Assembly (NCBI GenBank): GCA_037379345.1
Contig: CM074522.1
Coordinates: 31,744,001-31,808,000 of the forward strand
DNA: 64,000 nt
Reading direction: 5' to 3'
Source: Perna viridis
Lineage: Eukaryota
Numbering within the stretch: position 1 is the stretch's first letter; every line of letters starts with the position of its first letter. This document shows, in pieces, positions 1-11,900 of the stretch. The notes beneath the pieces are model-generated. The model was not told the origin of the DNA and made no database searches. It was given only the letters and a program-made list of their open reading frames with translations. The position numbers and the translations under genes are program-made.

Positions 1-185
1 GATCCAGAAGGGTGTCGTAACTCCCCTTATTGTTGGAACATTCTGTTCATTGCATGCATAACTGGGCAAAAATGAGCGAATAAAAGCCAAGAAACAGCCT
101 TTTTCTGGTACCCTTGTGGACCCGAATTTTGAACTCTGTACCAGCCCAACAATGTTAAATAACAAATTAATGTTCGTTTTAACAG

Positions 186-3080
186 GCAAGGAATTTACAG
201 AATGATAGATGTCTTGATAACCATGGTTACCTCTTTCAAGCCCCGGAACCATTGTATGTTGAAGTCTGTCATTACAGACTAGCAACTCAGGTACATTGTA
301 TATATTAAACTCGCTAATCGTTAAAATATATCTATTTCCACTGTGAGTACATATTTGTTCACAGTGTTATAATATTTCTTTCCTTTTTTGGTATCCCGGA
401 CCGGAGGTGACATTTTAAAACTGTATGATCATCTGGACAGGTGTTTGTAGAAAAGCAGAAGACGCTTACTATACCGGCACACATGATAATAGAGACCGTG
501 TTGCTTGTTTACTTTTGTTTCTTTGTGTGTGCTATTTTTGTTATTTTCATTCTTTGTTGTGTATGTCTTTTCCTTGTCTAGATCTCATGCTTGGATTTTT
601 TTTCATTTATATTACCGTTTGACTATTGGATTTTTAGATTGATTTCCCTCTCACATAGCAACCAAGGAAGTTGTTTTGCTTAATTTGACCGAGACCACTA
701 ACACATAGGCTATATAAATATACAGTCTTCGCCAAGTCAATCCCCCTCGATCTAGGGAATGTATGGAAACACAGGACAACTCATATTGGTTTTACTACGT
801 ATGATTGAACAATAAATAATGGTATGGGCCGTTGGACTTTGTGTAGGTGGTGTTGTCATAGATGTTACAGCGGTACGAGTTCGAATTCCGAGGGAACAAC
901 CTACAATTGCAGTAGTTAGTTTTTACATTATCTAACAACGATTCTATTGTTAGTATTCTGCTCTTTTAAGGGACCCACTCATTTTTCGTTATAAACCGAT
1001 TATTGTTTTTATCTACTCTCATTTTCCTCCTTATACACTCTTTAAGCTTGGAGTTGAAGTACTCTTGGATCCTCAAACTTCTAGCAAAGTTGTCGAGTTG
1101 CTCGGTCTAGATGGTTTCATGTACAAGGTCGGGAACTGGGTATGAAAATTAAGGACTTTTGAAAGTAAATGATTTTTCATCTGCCGTAAGGTGGCTTGAA
1201 GAAATATTTATAACATGTTATATGGTTGACTGTCAGGTTGGTCTCTTCGTTTGACATGTCTGTTGCGTATTTTGTTTTGTTGAGACGATGGTATACATGG
1301 CTTATTGGGGGGAAATTGCATGATTGCATTTTCACCATTATAAAATTGATAAAAATAAATTCAGTTGGACGACGTCAAATAGTTCATAATATCATAACCA
1401 ATCATTGCATGCATGACATTCTTATCATTATTTTGATATGGTTAAATTTACGTCTTTGTTTATTATGAAGGCCTTTTTATGTCATTTTAGACGCTATATG
1501 ATAGTTTCATGAACACAGACTGGAAGATCATTTGTCGATCAGTCTAATAATGAAATGAATTGTATTGTTAATTTCTCAAGATGCTCGTCACATGGTTGTT
1601 TCAGTATAGGATGGGAAGGCGTTTTGATCAATGTGAAGTGTCTGATCCCTTATACAAAATAGAGTTTCAGAAGCTGGTGTATGTGACAAGAACGTAATAT
1701 GAAGATTCATAGGAATGGCACATTGTTGACGTTATTGTGTAAAATTAGAGAAATGAAGACTGGTTCTCGATTGTTTCTGTTCAATTACGCTGTGTTTGAT
1801 AAAAAATCCTCTTAGTTCATAATGAACTATTTTGTATATATGACCGGTTTACATTCATGATCAGTAATTAGTTTTAAACAAGTATCGAACTGGTTGTTGA
1901 ATAATAATGTATTGTATATTACATTTTATAGGGATTTTCATGGACCAAAGAGGGACTATTAAGAACATCGTTACAATGTGTGGTACTACAGGACCAACGT
2001 GAAGGAGGAAGACCCATGTTAGAGGATTGTATTATTGGATCAAGAGACAAATGGCACCATAAAAAGGTACTTGTAACCATGGTTCTTCTGTATTACTAAT
2101 TTTGACTATGAAAAGAACATAGAAGGATCTTGGAGACAATGCTACATCTCAAAACATATCTCAAGCTAACGATCCTGTATTCTTTGTATGTATTTGCACC
2201 GTATAGTGAATTTTAGACGACCCCTGAAGTACCAAAGTACCAAAGTACTTAATTGTATGGTTCATTTGTGAAGAATACATGTTTGCATTTTCATGATGAG
2301 AAAAATAACAAATGTAAGTTCAGTTTGGTAGATCAAATGTTCAGTTGGACGAGGTCAAATAGTTCGATAGGTCGAATACCATTACCAGTCACCACATGAA
2401 TGACATTTTTTCCCATTATTCTTGTTAGAAGTATTCGTTTTATTTCATTTTTTTAGTTCTAAAATTATTTGTGTTGTTTCTGTTTTGAGCCAAACAGATA
2501 TGCAATTATCTGTAAGAGCACTATTGTCTATCATTATTACTAAAACCATTACATGTACAGATCTAACCCCTTGGAACTGCCGTCATCGTTCATACACCAG
2601 TTTGTGTTAAAGGAGAATTCAAGGGACACAAGATTCTAACGACAATAAAACAATACACACATACATACAAATGCAAAAGAGCAACTCAGACTTCACTAAA
2701 AATGGACCAAGTTCCTGGTAGGTAAAACGTCATCTCAATTTTAGAAACACCCATCACCATGCTCATAATATGCACGTCTAGTGAAGACAACAAAAGAAAA
2801 GAAACAATGACACGGTTAACAAATCGGCTATCATTGTGTAGACTAGTGCACCATAAGGGTTCATAATGACAACAGTAAACTTTTGTAAAGATGACTTTAA
2901 ACAATGACAAATGATTGCTTTAAATTACAGAATGGACACATAATGCACAAAAGAACTGGACTATGTTTGGACTATGATAAAATTGGTCTCATAATGCGTG
3001 CCTGTCGAACTTCAGCTATCTCACAACGCTGGCAATTCAATCATTATCTGATGAAACAGGTATTGATGAATATAGTGTGA
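186..3080 (+). CDS. GALNT: Polypeptide N-acetylgalactosaminyltransferase, paralog A (3' part only: ricin-B lectin domain; 5' exons lie upstream of the window)
   Basis: Phase-0 GT-AG exons 186-290 ([35 protein letters not shown]), 1932-2066 ([18 protein letters not shown]...DKWHHKK) and 2931-3080 ([16 protein letters not shown]...SQRWQF...V*). CLD and QxW ricin motifs are present. Exons are colinear with the last three exons of paralog B. Confidence 0.92.
425..640 (+). repeat. Naiad-type 3' UTR fragment (old copy)
   Basis: Matches consensus GTGTTT.TAGAAAAGCAGA.GACGCTTAC...CCG.GTTGCT...TTTGTTGTGTATGTCT. Confidence 0.7.
925..1225 (-). mobile_element. Penelope-like element fragment (N-terminal region, Neptune/Penelope type), decayed
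   Basis: Frameshifted minus-strand translation NISSSHLTADEKS/LLSKVLNFIP...EQLDNFARSLRIQEYF...EWVP resembles the PLE motif LS..LT..E.SLLSKGLNF.P...F.R.LRL.EYF. Confidence 0.55.
2610..2900 (-). repeat. Naiad-type 3' fragment (old copy)
   Basis: Reverse-complement match to the RT end and 3' UTR of the family. Confidence 0.65.
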
Positions 3081-6000
3081 CAACACCGACACAGTAAGTC
3101 GTCAATTTGTTCAGTCAACTGTACTCATTTACAGGATGGGCATGTTTATTATCATAGGACACACATACAATCGCTGATAGATTCAGAAAACTGTGTTCAT
3201 ATCATAGGATGTACATCTTAATCATTATTAGACTCACACAATTTGTGTCATAGGTGCCATCACACAATACCGACGGTTTATCATTGTTTATGTAAGTCAT
3301 TATACCATTATACCGACCGGAACTGGTTTGAATTTTAACGTGTACATTGATTTTAACAGTAAGTTAATTGCCTAGATGATACTGAAATGTTTTTAACATG
3401 CCCAAATAACTGTGCGGTTGTCAATGATCAATCGCCATCATCATGTAATTGTGAGTATTAATCAGTGGACGACTGGGATGTTTCATTAGAGTGTTTCTAA
3501 AACTCTGATTTAGTCATACGTCTCTAACACATGTTCCCTAACTACTTTGAACTGTGAATTTTCTTCATGTCTGACAAAATGAAAGGAAGCATTTGTTTTT
3601 TATTGTCAAATTGTTTGCTATATGTTTATGACTAACAAAAAGACTATTTTTGCACTTTATGACTATAATCTGGTCCTACACAATTTTACCATCCCTCACT
3701 ATTAGATACTTTTCCTGTTGTCGCCTCAGAAAAAACGTAGATAAGCTACGGTTCCCTTCTTGGCCATTCAACAAATGTTTACGTAGATTATCATAATGAC
3801 GAGTGTCAGGCGATGTTGCTGTAGACGTGTCTGCACACAGGAGGGATTCGAACTATGCTGAGGGATTGTCCAAATCTGCAGTTAACACAGTCTATCCTAC
3901 TGTTTTGATTTTCATGGCGCAGATCGATACTTCATATATAACGAGTTCATGATGACGACCATAAAACTTCTGTAGTGATGACTTAAAGTGATTGTCATTG
4001 AATGGAAAATTCATTTGCAATTTGATTAAAAATTTGTGAATTTCTGTTATTTGAAATTCCCGAAAAAATGCTAATGGAGAGATTTAAAGCAAAATGCAAG
4101 CTCTTTTTTACCCTCATGAACATTCAGGCAAATACTGATGTGTAATCTACATGTTGTACTAGAAATGTTTGTATAATTGTATGATGTAATATTTATAATG
4201 TTATATACATATACTCTTTTGCGGCATCTTGTTCATGCAATTAAAATGTAACTTTTGTTTATTTGTCAAATATTGTGGTCTTTCAAAACATGACGTATTT
4301 GAAAAGTAATTAATTACGTTTTCAAAAGTATTTGAACAAAAAAATATATATTTTAAAAATCAAAGTAGTTGCAATGTAATGTATTTGACAAAAAATCCAA
4401 AGTAGTTGAAAGTATTTAATTACTTATGAAACTATCCCATCATTGGCCCCTATATCCACAAACTGTAAATTTTCTACTTGATTTCTTTATAGTACAACTA
4501 TATAAGTATTCATTTTTTTTCGCTAAACAAATTCACATTTTTACAACAACAGACGTATGTAGTAATGTGTCATTATTAACTATGAGTATACTGGAAAAAA
4601 GTAACAATATTATTGATTAAAGATTTATTATGAAAACAGATTTTTATTGATTAATTGCTACGAGGAATAGTAACAAGAATTTTGTAGTTTACAAGAGATT
4701 AGACAAACTGCTTATAATCTTTGATTTACCATTTGATTATGCTAATCTCTTATGTTTTTTTTCCCAGAAAATATTGTGTCAGTGTTAAAGTAAGTGAGAA
4801 AATAAACTTCATTTTTATTACGTCTTGATAAGTACAAATCACACATTTGATCCTACAAGTTACTAAAGCTCAATATTTTCATGATAAAACCTCTCATATT
4901 TTTCTCGTACATTCTTTTCACTATTTATGCATTTTTCCTACTATAAAACATTTCCCTAAAAATATAAGTTTAAAAAAAAAGAAAGTAATATGTTGCCATC
5001 TATGTTTTTTGTGTAACACTACCAGTTTATACACTATTTTTATCAAAATACTTGAAAACACAATATGGGAATCTGTGTGGCATTTTTTACATTCATTTTA
5101 GTCCATTGTTCATATAATTACATTCTACAAGAATTTCAAATACGCATCTTCCTTGGTGTTTCTTTACCTTATCTCTTCTTTTATTTAGAGGCTTGATTAT
5201 TCATATTTTTTTTTCTGTGTTATTTGATTTTTTTTATCTATCTGCATATTCTTAATTGTGTTTTTTTATTCTGTTGTCCATGTATCGTGTTTGATTCCTG
5301 ATATATAGATATTAAATTCACGTTTCGAATTGTTGTTTTCGATTTCATTATCTGTGTAACATGTATTCTGCTTTCAGCTGTGGAATAGTTTGAACAACTG
5401 TTCGTTGTAATTTTTCATCATAAAATACCTTACTGACATTCAATATCTTTGTCAATATGACATGAATATTACCTCCTCGAGCGACATTAAAAAATCAAGA
5501 AACTGAATATGGATAAATGACCAAATTGCGAGGTGTTTCTTATCTCTATATTTTTTATTTCTGTTTTAATATGCATTTTTTCTACTTCACCCGACGTCAA
5601 TAATGTGTTGCATGTTCGTAATACAATACACTGGACACAATTAACTGTGGGCGGGAAGGTTGTTAGGTGGTTTGCTTTTTAAAGACTAGTTTATTCAATT
5701 TTTCCGACTTTCGCCTTCAAATTGCCAAGAGTTTTTTCTTGATCACCCCATTTGATGATTGCCTAGAGATTATCAGTTCAGTAATTGTGATGATACCAAA
5801 TATTTTTCGGTTTGTTGTACAACTTCAGGGTACCTTGTATATTAACTAACTGATATCTCAATTTTCAAAACGGAAGCACCATTACCAACAAAAGAGCGTA
5901 TTTTTGCGCAACTAATTTTCTTTTTATTGGATTGGACATATGAGAAAACAATGTGAGTACTTAATTTTACCAAAAAATTTGGCTTTGTCAAAGTTGATTC

Positions 6001-6869
6001 ATGTTCAAATAATGTATTACCATACATTTAGTTTTAGAATGTCGTAACGTTGTTTTCACTGTCAAGAGGTACATGTATATGGCATTTTTCCTAATATTGT
6101 TTTTGTGCGAATTTTCGGCTTCCATTAAACTGAATTTTGATGAAATTTTGAAACGTTTAAATCATAATTTGAAAAAAAAATGTAATCGTTCATTAAATAA
6201 AGCGTATCACATTTTGGTAATTTACTTAATACTTATAGTAACATGAGGGGAGGCAAATATGGCCCTGATCGTTTTCTTTTCTTTCCCAGTGATACTTAGG
6301 GTCTAGTTCCTTAAAACGAATCGCGTTTAGGTTTATATATCTCGAATTATGACAAATAAAGAGTTTGAAATCAAATATTTTCTAATGAAATCCGGAAACA
6401 CACATTACTATAGTTTCAGCTCTGTTTTTTTTTGTCGTTTTTGCAACCCATTTATCAACAATTACATGTGTACAGGAACAGTGACACACGTTTAAACTGA
6501 TTCCCTTTTGGTCCATCGAATTGTGTTTAGTATAGGTTTTTTTACAAAGGTTCAAAATCATTTAATCAATGAAAACGGACTTAAACAAGTTTCTGCTTTA
6601 CACATGGTTTTGGATTATTCAGGGTACGGTTTAGACAGGTTTGAAAAGAAAAGTAATACAAGGATGCAATTTGATTATGACAATGTCCCTTCCCCGGAAA
6701 TAATAGGGCATAATTTGCCTTGAATAAGCCAATTAGCAAAAGACAAATATCTTTCAGCCAAAGCATAGTACAAAGTGACTGCCTTTAGTTTTCCGTACAG
6801 GTGTGCATACTTGAATAATACTAGGATATTTGTTCTTATCAAAGAGATATTAAATCAAAAGGCACACAT

Positions 6870-7050
6870 GTAAGAGTAATCAAGGAACCAAGGTTATAAC
6901 GGTAATCAAAAGAATACAGACATACACAACAAAGAACATAGAGTAACTAAAATTATATATACAAAGTAACAAAAGCAAATGAGCAACTCGAACTTCACTA
7001 ACAACTTTGAGCATGGACCAGGTGCTCCGGTAGGGTAAGCGTCCTTATAA
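6870..7050 (-). repeat. Naiad-type 3' UTR fragment
   Basis: AAGAGTAATCAAGG...ATGAGCAACTCG...GGTAGGGTAAGCGTCC, the reverse complement of the consensus. Confidence 0.8.
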
Positions 7051-7329
7051 GCGTAAAATAGGGAACAAAGTGGATACGGGAAATGTATCACAAAGACAAC
7101 AACCTTACCAAATAGGGGTCAATAGCCAGAGACAGTGATTAGACCTTCAATGTATTCTGCAAAATACACCACACCGGAATTGTCCTTTCGAATGGTTCCT
7201 GAAACGAAAATATACCGATTCAGTAAAATAAATATTGTTAGAATAATCAAGTGATACAAGTTTCAAACGATAAGCAAAAGAATGTTTATTCCAAGAATAA
7301 AGACTAGATAAAAGTGAAATAAGTAAAAT

Positions 7330-7910
7330 GGGTAAGCACAACATAAAATAATCAAGACAACACGTATAAGAAAAAAAAGTCAATTAAAAAAACCACCGGA
7401 CCCCCCCCCCCCAAAAAAAAAAAAAAAAACAAAACAAAACAAAACAAAAAACAAACAAACAAACAAGGTGCATGGAACATGCGCATCGGTCATGTAAGCG
7501 CATTCTGCTTTCATAGAAACAACCATATAGTTGTTCAAACTATTTCCGTTTTGGGAAGACAAAGGGAGAAAGGAAAACTGAGACACGGTAAAAACATTGG
7601 ATCATCATTGTGCAGATTTATGCACTATGAGGATCAACAAATTCATTATGATGATCATAAAACTTTTGTAGTGATGACTTTGATATTAAAACTACATTAC
7701 CCTGCACCGGAAGCCTAATTATAAGAAGCTCTTCACGGTACAAAAATTCCGTGTAGTTTTGGAAAGCTCTCGCAAAATTTGAAGTGCATTTTGGGGGGCT
7801 GAAAATATTGGTAATCTTTTCCAAGTACTACGCATTCCTTTTTTTATGCGCAAATCGATTGGTGTTTCTAAAATGCAGAAGACGCTAACCCTACCGGTGC
7901 ACATGCTCAA
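7330..7910. repeat. Naiad-type fragments in inverted arrangement (minus about 7330-7790, plus about 7835-7910) with a C/A-rich microsatellite
   Basis: Minus-strand SSLQKFYDHHNEFVD match; plus-strand GGTGTTTCTAAAATGCAGAAGACGCTAACCCTACCGGTGCAC; C11/A18/(CAAAA)n run at 7400-7465. Confidence 0.65.
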
Positions 7911-8089
7911 TCGTTACATTAACAATAAACGAAAAATTATTAGCAGTTACTGACATGTTGGCTACATTGCTACCCTCCCTTCATATCATGCACTGTATGT
8001 TTACTCTTTTGCATTTTCAAATGCAATCATTTCGACTGCAAGAGTGAATTCTTGAAACCATGTAAAGAACCTAAAGAATCATAATTTTG

Positions 8090-8395
8090 ATATGTCCAAT
8101 GTGTTTTAGTTTTCCTTTCCTGTTTCGTCTACCCCGGGCTTAACTTTTTATGAGCAACTCGGAGGTTGTTTCTAGAAAAACAGAGGACGCTTCCCCTGCC
8201 GGTGCACCTGGACCATGCTCCCAGTTTTTAGTGGAGTCCGAGTTGCTCATTTACTTTTGTTACTTAGTACTTTAATTTTGGTTATTTTATGTTTTTTGTT
8301 GTGTGTGTGTGTTTATCTGTTTACCATATCTGGTTTTTGTACCGGGATTACATTCTCGTGATTTCCTTTAGAATCTTGTTTCCCTTGATTATTCT
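8090..8395 (+). repeat. Naiad-type complete 3' UTR copy
   Basis: Full match from the RT stop region to CCCTTGATTATTCT. Contains a perfect 14-bp inverted repeat 8150-8163/8237-8250. Confidence 0.85.
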
Positions 8396-8994
8396 TTGAA
8401 AAAATAAACAAACTAAACAAGACAAACAAAACTGTTTGTTATATATGTATGACATTTGAATTTCGTTGCTGATATCATATTCCTGAAGATGACGTGGCTA
8501 CATGTTGAGTTACATGTACATGCAATTTGCGTTTACCGTTAACGTTTAACATCTCTAATAAGAGTAAGTACCAAAAATAAGTATGCTGCATATTATTAGT
8601 ATGAACAAGTTCTGAAAGAGTCAAATCCATTCGTAAAAATGATAGTTTCGGATGGCGTGTCACTTGTACAGTATGCATATTTACTCGAGTCGACTTTTCC
8701 TACCGGTCAAGTTAGAAATAATACACCCAGTCGAGCCCAACCGCCTGTAGGACTTGATTCGTCAATTAGGTATCTTGACGACTTGGCTGTCCCGGTGTCG
8801 GTGTTCACATACATCAAGGTTAAGAAATAGGGAATCCACTAATCATCACAAATGCATCCCGCAATTATAGGCTGACATTCTGCACGAGTCACATTCATTT
8901 TATTGATATTTAATCTATTTCATTTTTTTTTATTTTAGTGTTCAATTTCGTCAATCATTACTTATATTTGGTCAAACACTATAACGATATTACA

Positions 8995-11900
8995 ATGCCG
9001 CGATTATCGCATCGTTACATATCTGCTGGAGGTTTCATAATGTTATTGGTAGTCACCTATAAAGTTGTAATATATTACAAAAGCGCAAAATGGTCGCTTA
9101 AAAAGAGTTTCGTTTCAAAAGAGGATTATATTCGCCAAATGGAAACGACTTTTGTGCAGAGATTACATTTTACTAAAGCTTCAAACATATCATCGGATAC
9201 TAGTAGTAAAATTACTTTAAAAGAAGATGGGAGGAATATTAATTTAAAAACCGGTAATATACTCATTGATAATTATGGCAGAAATGATCCATTGAAGAAC
9301 GGCGAAAATGGTCGAGGGGTGACCTTTGCTGGGAATGAGAAACTCATGGTTTCAGCAGTAATGCAGAAGTTTCGAGTCAACGTGATTGCAAGTGATATCA
9401 TACCTTTAAATCGTCTTGTGCCTGACTCTCGACCATCGGGGTAAGTGATACATTTTCTCATATCACTTATATACGTTTCAATTTCGAGAGTGCGAAATAC
9501 TTTAAATTTAGTAGTCCTTGCCACAGGGCCCTTGGAACCAGGATTTTTTTTATCACAAAAATATCATTAAGCCATTTTGTTTCTCTTTTTGTGATATTAT
9601 GTGTGTTATGTATTTAAGACATATCCGCTTACTATTTAAGTACCAGTCCACATAAACTTCAGACACAGTCAATGGTAAAGTGATTCATAGTCAAGAAAAA
9701 CCCACCAAACAAACGATGCATTTTTAGTCTACACGTGCTATACTTTCACATAACAACAATCTTTTCTGCATTTAGATGTGCACTTTTTAGAAAATCATTC
9801 ATTTATCTCCCACTAAAATCATCAACCAAATGAAGCCAAATCAAGAACAATAACTCTTGCAAAGTGCAAATTTCATGTACAATCTATATAATTTTTATAT
9901 CAAAAATGCAACAACCAAATGAAAAACTAAGATTGGTTTTGTGATCAGTTACTGTTTCTGAACAAGAAATAAAACTGAAATTGGTGGGTTTTTGACATGC
10001 ATGAATCACCTCCTGTCTGATTTTTAGAAAGACTGTTACTTAATGCTGTTAATACTATGACCTATTTTTGTCTATCGCTTTCTCTAACAAGGCTACATAA
10101 ATTCGAAAAATGTATTTTTTTTAAAAATACGATTACTCCGCTTTGTTTTTCTCACATGATAATTCAAATGTACAAACAAAATGATTTAATTATATTCTTG
10201 TGATAAAAAAATCCTTGTCCCAAGGGCCAGTGATCATTGCTTCTCTACCTAGCACACGGTATTCAAGGAGATGGTGTGACAACTGGTTGGCTTGGAGTCA
10301 GAATCATGTGTCCGAGGGGCTGGCATGCCTTCCCGTGGGCTCTTGGTTCAGTGAACTAGCACAATAATTAGCGGCTCAGCGTATCGGTTTAGTACAAAGT
10401 AGGTTCCTCTTGATCGGTCAATTTTCCTCGTTCGCAAATGCTTGAAATATCTACTTAAAAGTCGTTAAACCATATTCGATCTACCATATTACTTATTTTG
10501 TTATTATGTTAATAGTAAAGTATGGAAATAATCGCACACATTAAGAATAATACTTCCATATATGAACATTTATTTTTTTATTTAGTTTACTGCAAAAATA
10601 AATGCTTCGTAACATATTTATTTATACAGTAAAAGATAATGACATGACAAAGCATACGTTACATGCTGTCATACTTGGTATACCATAGGTCATGTCTGTT
10701 ACATATTTTGACAGACTTTACTGCTCCACTGCTATATATGCCTTTTTTTAAAAGATATCGAAGGAGGACATAACAACAGCTTTATGCGAGCGAACGAATC
10801 GGTTTGCGAGTAGCAGAGCACAATTCGTATTGAAGAATTGAAATGCCAACCGTCTGTTGAAAAACTCGTCAACCACACTTTTGTTGTCGATACATAAAGC
10901 CAGCATTTTGACATTTTTTTTTCGGTTTATTTAAAAGATGATCGACGAATCGTGTTTACAAAGTATGGATAATCTTTGCCAAAAACCACGTTTTTTGTAT
11001 CTGGGTGTTCCATTAATGCATCTATCAAATTTCAGGTTGTTTTGTTTTATAATAGGGGAAGTCAATGAAGCCGTGATTCGAACGGTTAACAAATAGACTA
11101 ATCTTCAGTGATAAGAGTTGAAAAGGGAAATAGAAGCCGCAGGAAAGATCATGAAATTATAAAATAGCACGCAGCTAGAAACAAAAATTAGTGAGCAACA
11201 TTAACTCGGGCTCCTCTTAAAAACTGAAAGCATAGAAAAGGTCCAAATCATAGACAAGGTCCATCTGTAGGATAGGCGTCCTCTATAAAACATTTGATGA
11301 TACAGTAACAGCTAGTTTTGATTAGATATTAGTATTAAATTACTGTTCCACTGAAAATTTCAGGTGCAAATATCGGACGTATGAACACGACCTACCACCA
11401 ACTAGCATTATAATAACGTTCTATGATGAATGGCCGTCCATCCTTTTCCGTACAATTTACAGCATAATAAACAGAACACCGAGACATTTACTTCATGAGA
11501 TCATCTTAGTTGATGACAACAGCCACATGCGTAAGATTTTTGTTTTCATATGCTTCAAGTATTTTCAATTTTATACAATGACAGGGTCTAAATATTATAA
11601 GGCCTTGTGTCCCCCAGATTAAGTCATACATGTACGTGCATAAACTATTTGAAAATAAGGAATATAAGTAAACAAGTACTGAACTATTCAACTCTAGGCA
11701 ATTGTCATCAAGAAAATGAAAGTCCTCAAACAAATGGCAATATCAAGACAAAATCTGGAAATTTGAACAACCGCAATGGTCCTATCTTGATGAGGGGTAT
11801 TTTCCGATGAAACCAGGTTTTACAGCGCGCTGAACCTCGCATTCTTTGCTATAAAAGAGTGATCCAGGGAACCACAATTATAGCGGCTATCAAAAGAATG

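Noticed and set aside
835-900. tRNA gene (B-box GAGTTCGAATTCC)
   Set aside because: No cloverleaf; it matches a dispersed SINE-like fragment at 27025-27190.
5600-6030. Possible ancient transposase remnant (FSDFRLQIA on +, NIQGTLKLY on -)
   Set aside because: The motifs are too short and lie on conflicting strands.
8090-8395. Hammerhead ribozyme or SECIS element in the PLE 3' UTR (some clam Naiads are selenoproteins)
   Set aside because: No CTGANGA...GAAA core with flanking stems and no convincing ATGA-N(10-12)-AA...GA SECIS by eye. The RT remnants are too decayed to assess in-frame TGA use. SECISearch/Infernal would be needed.
8650-8938. Non-coding first exon of GALNT-B (donor 8819, acceptor 8938)
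   Set aside because: Plausible splice signals but unverifiable without transcript data.
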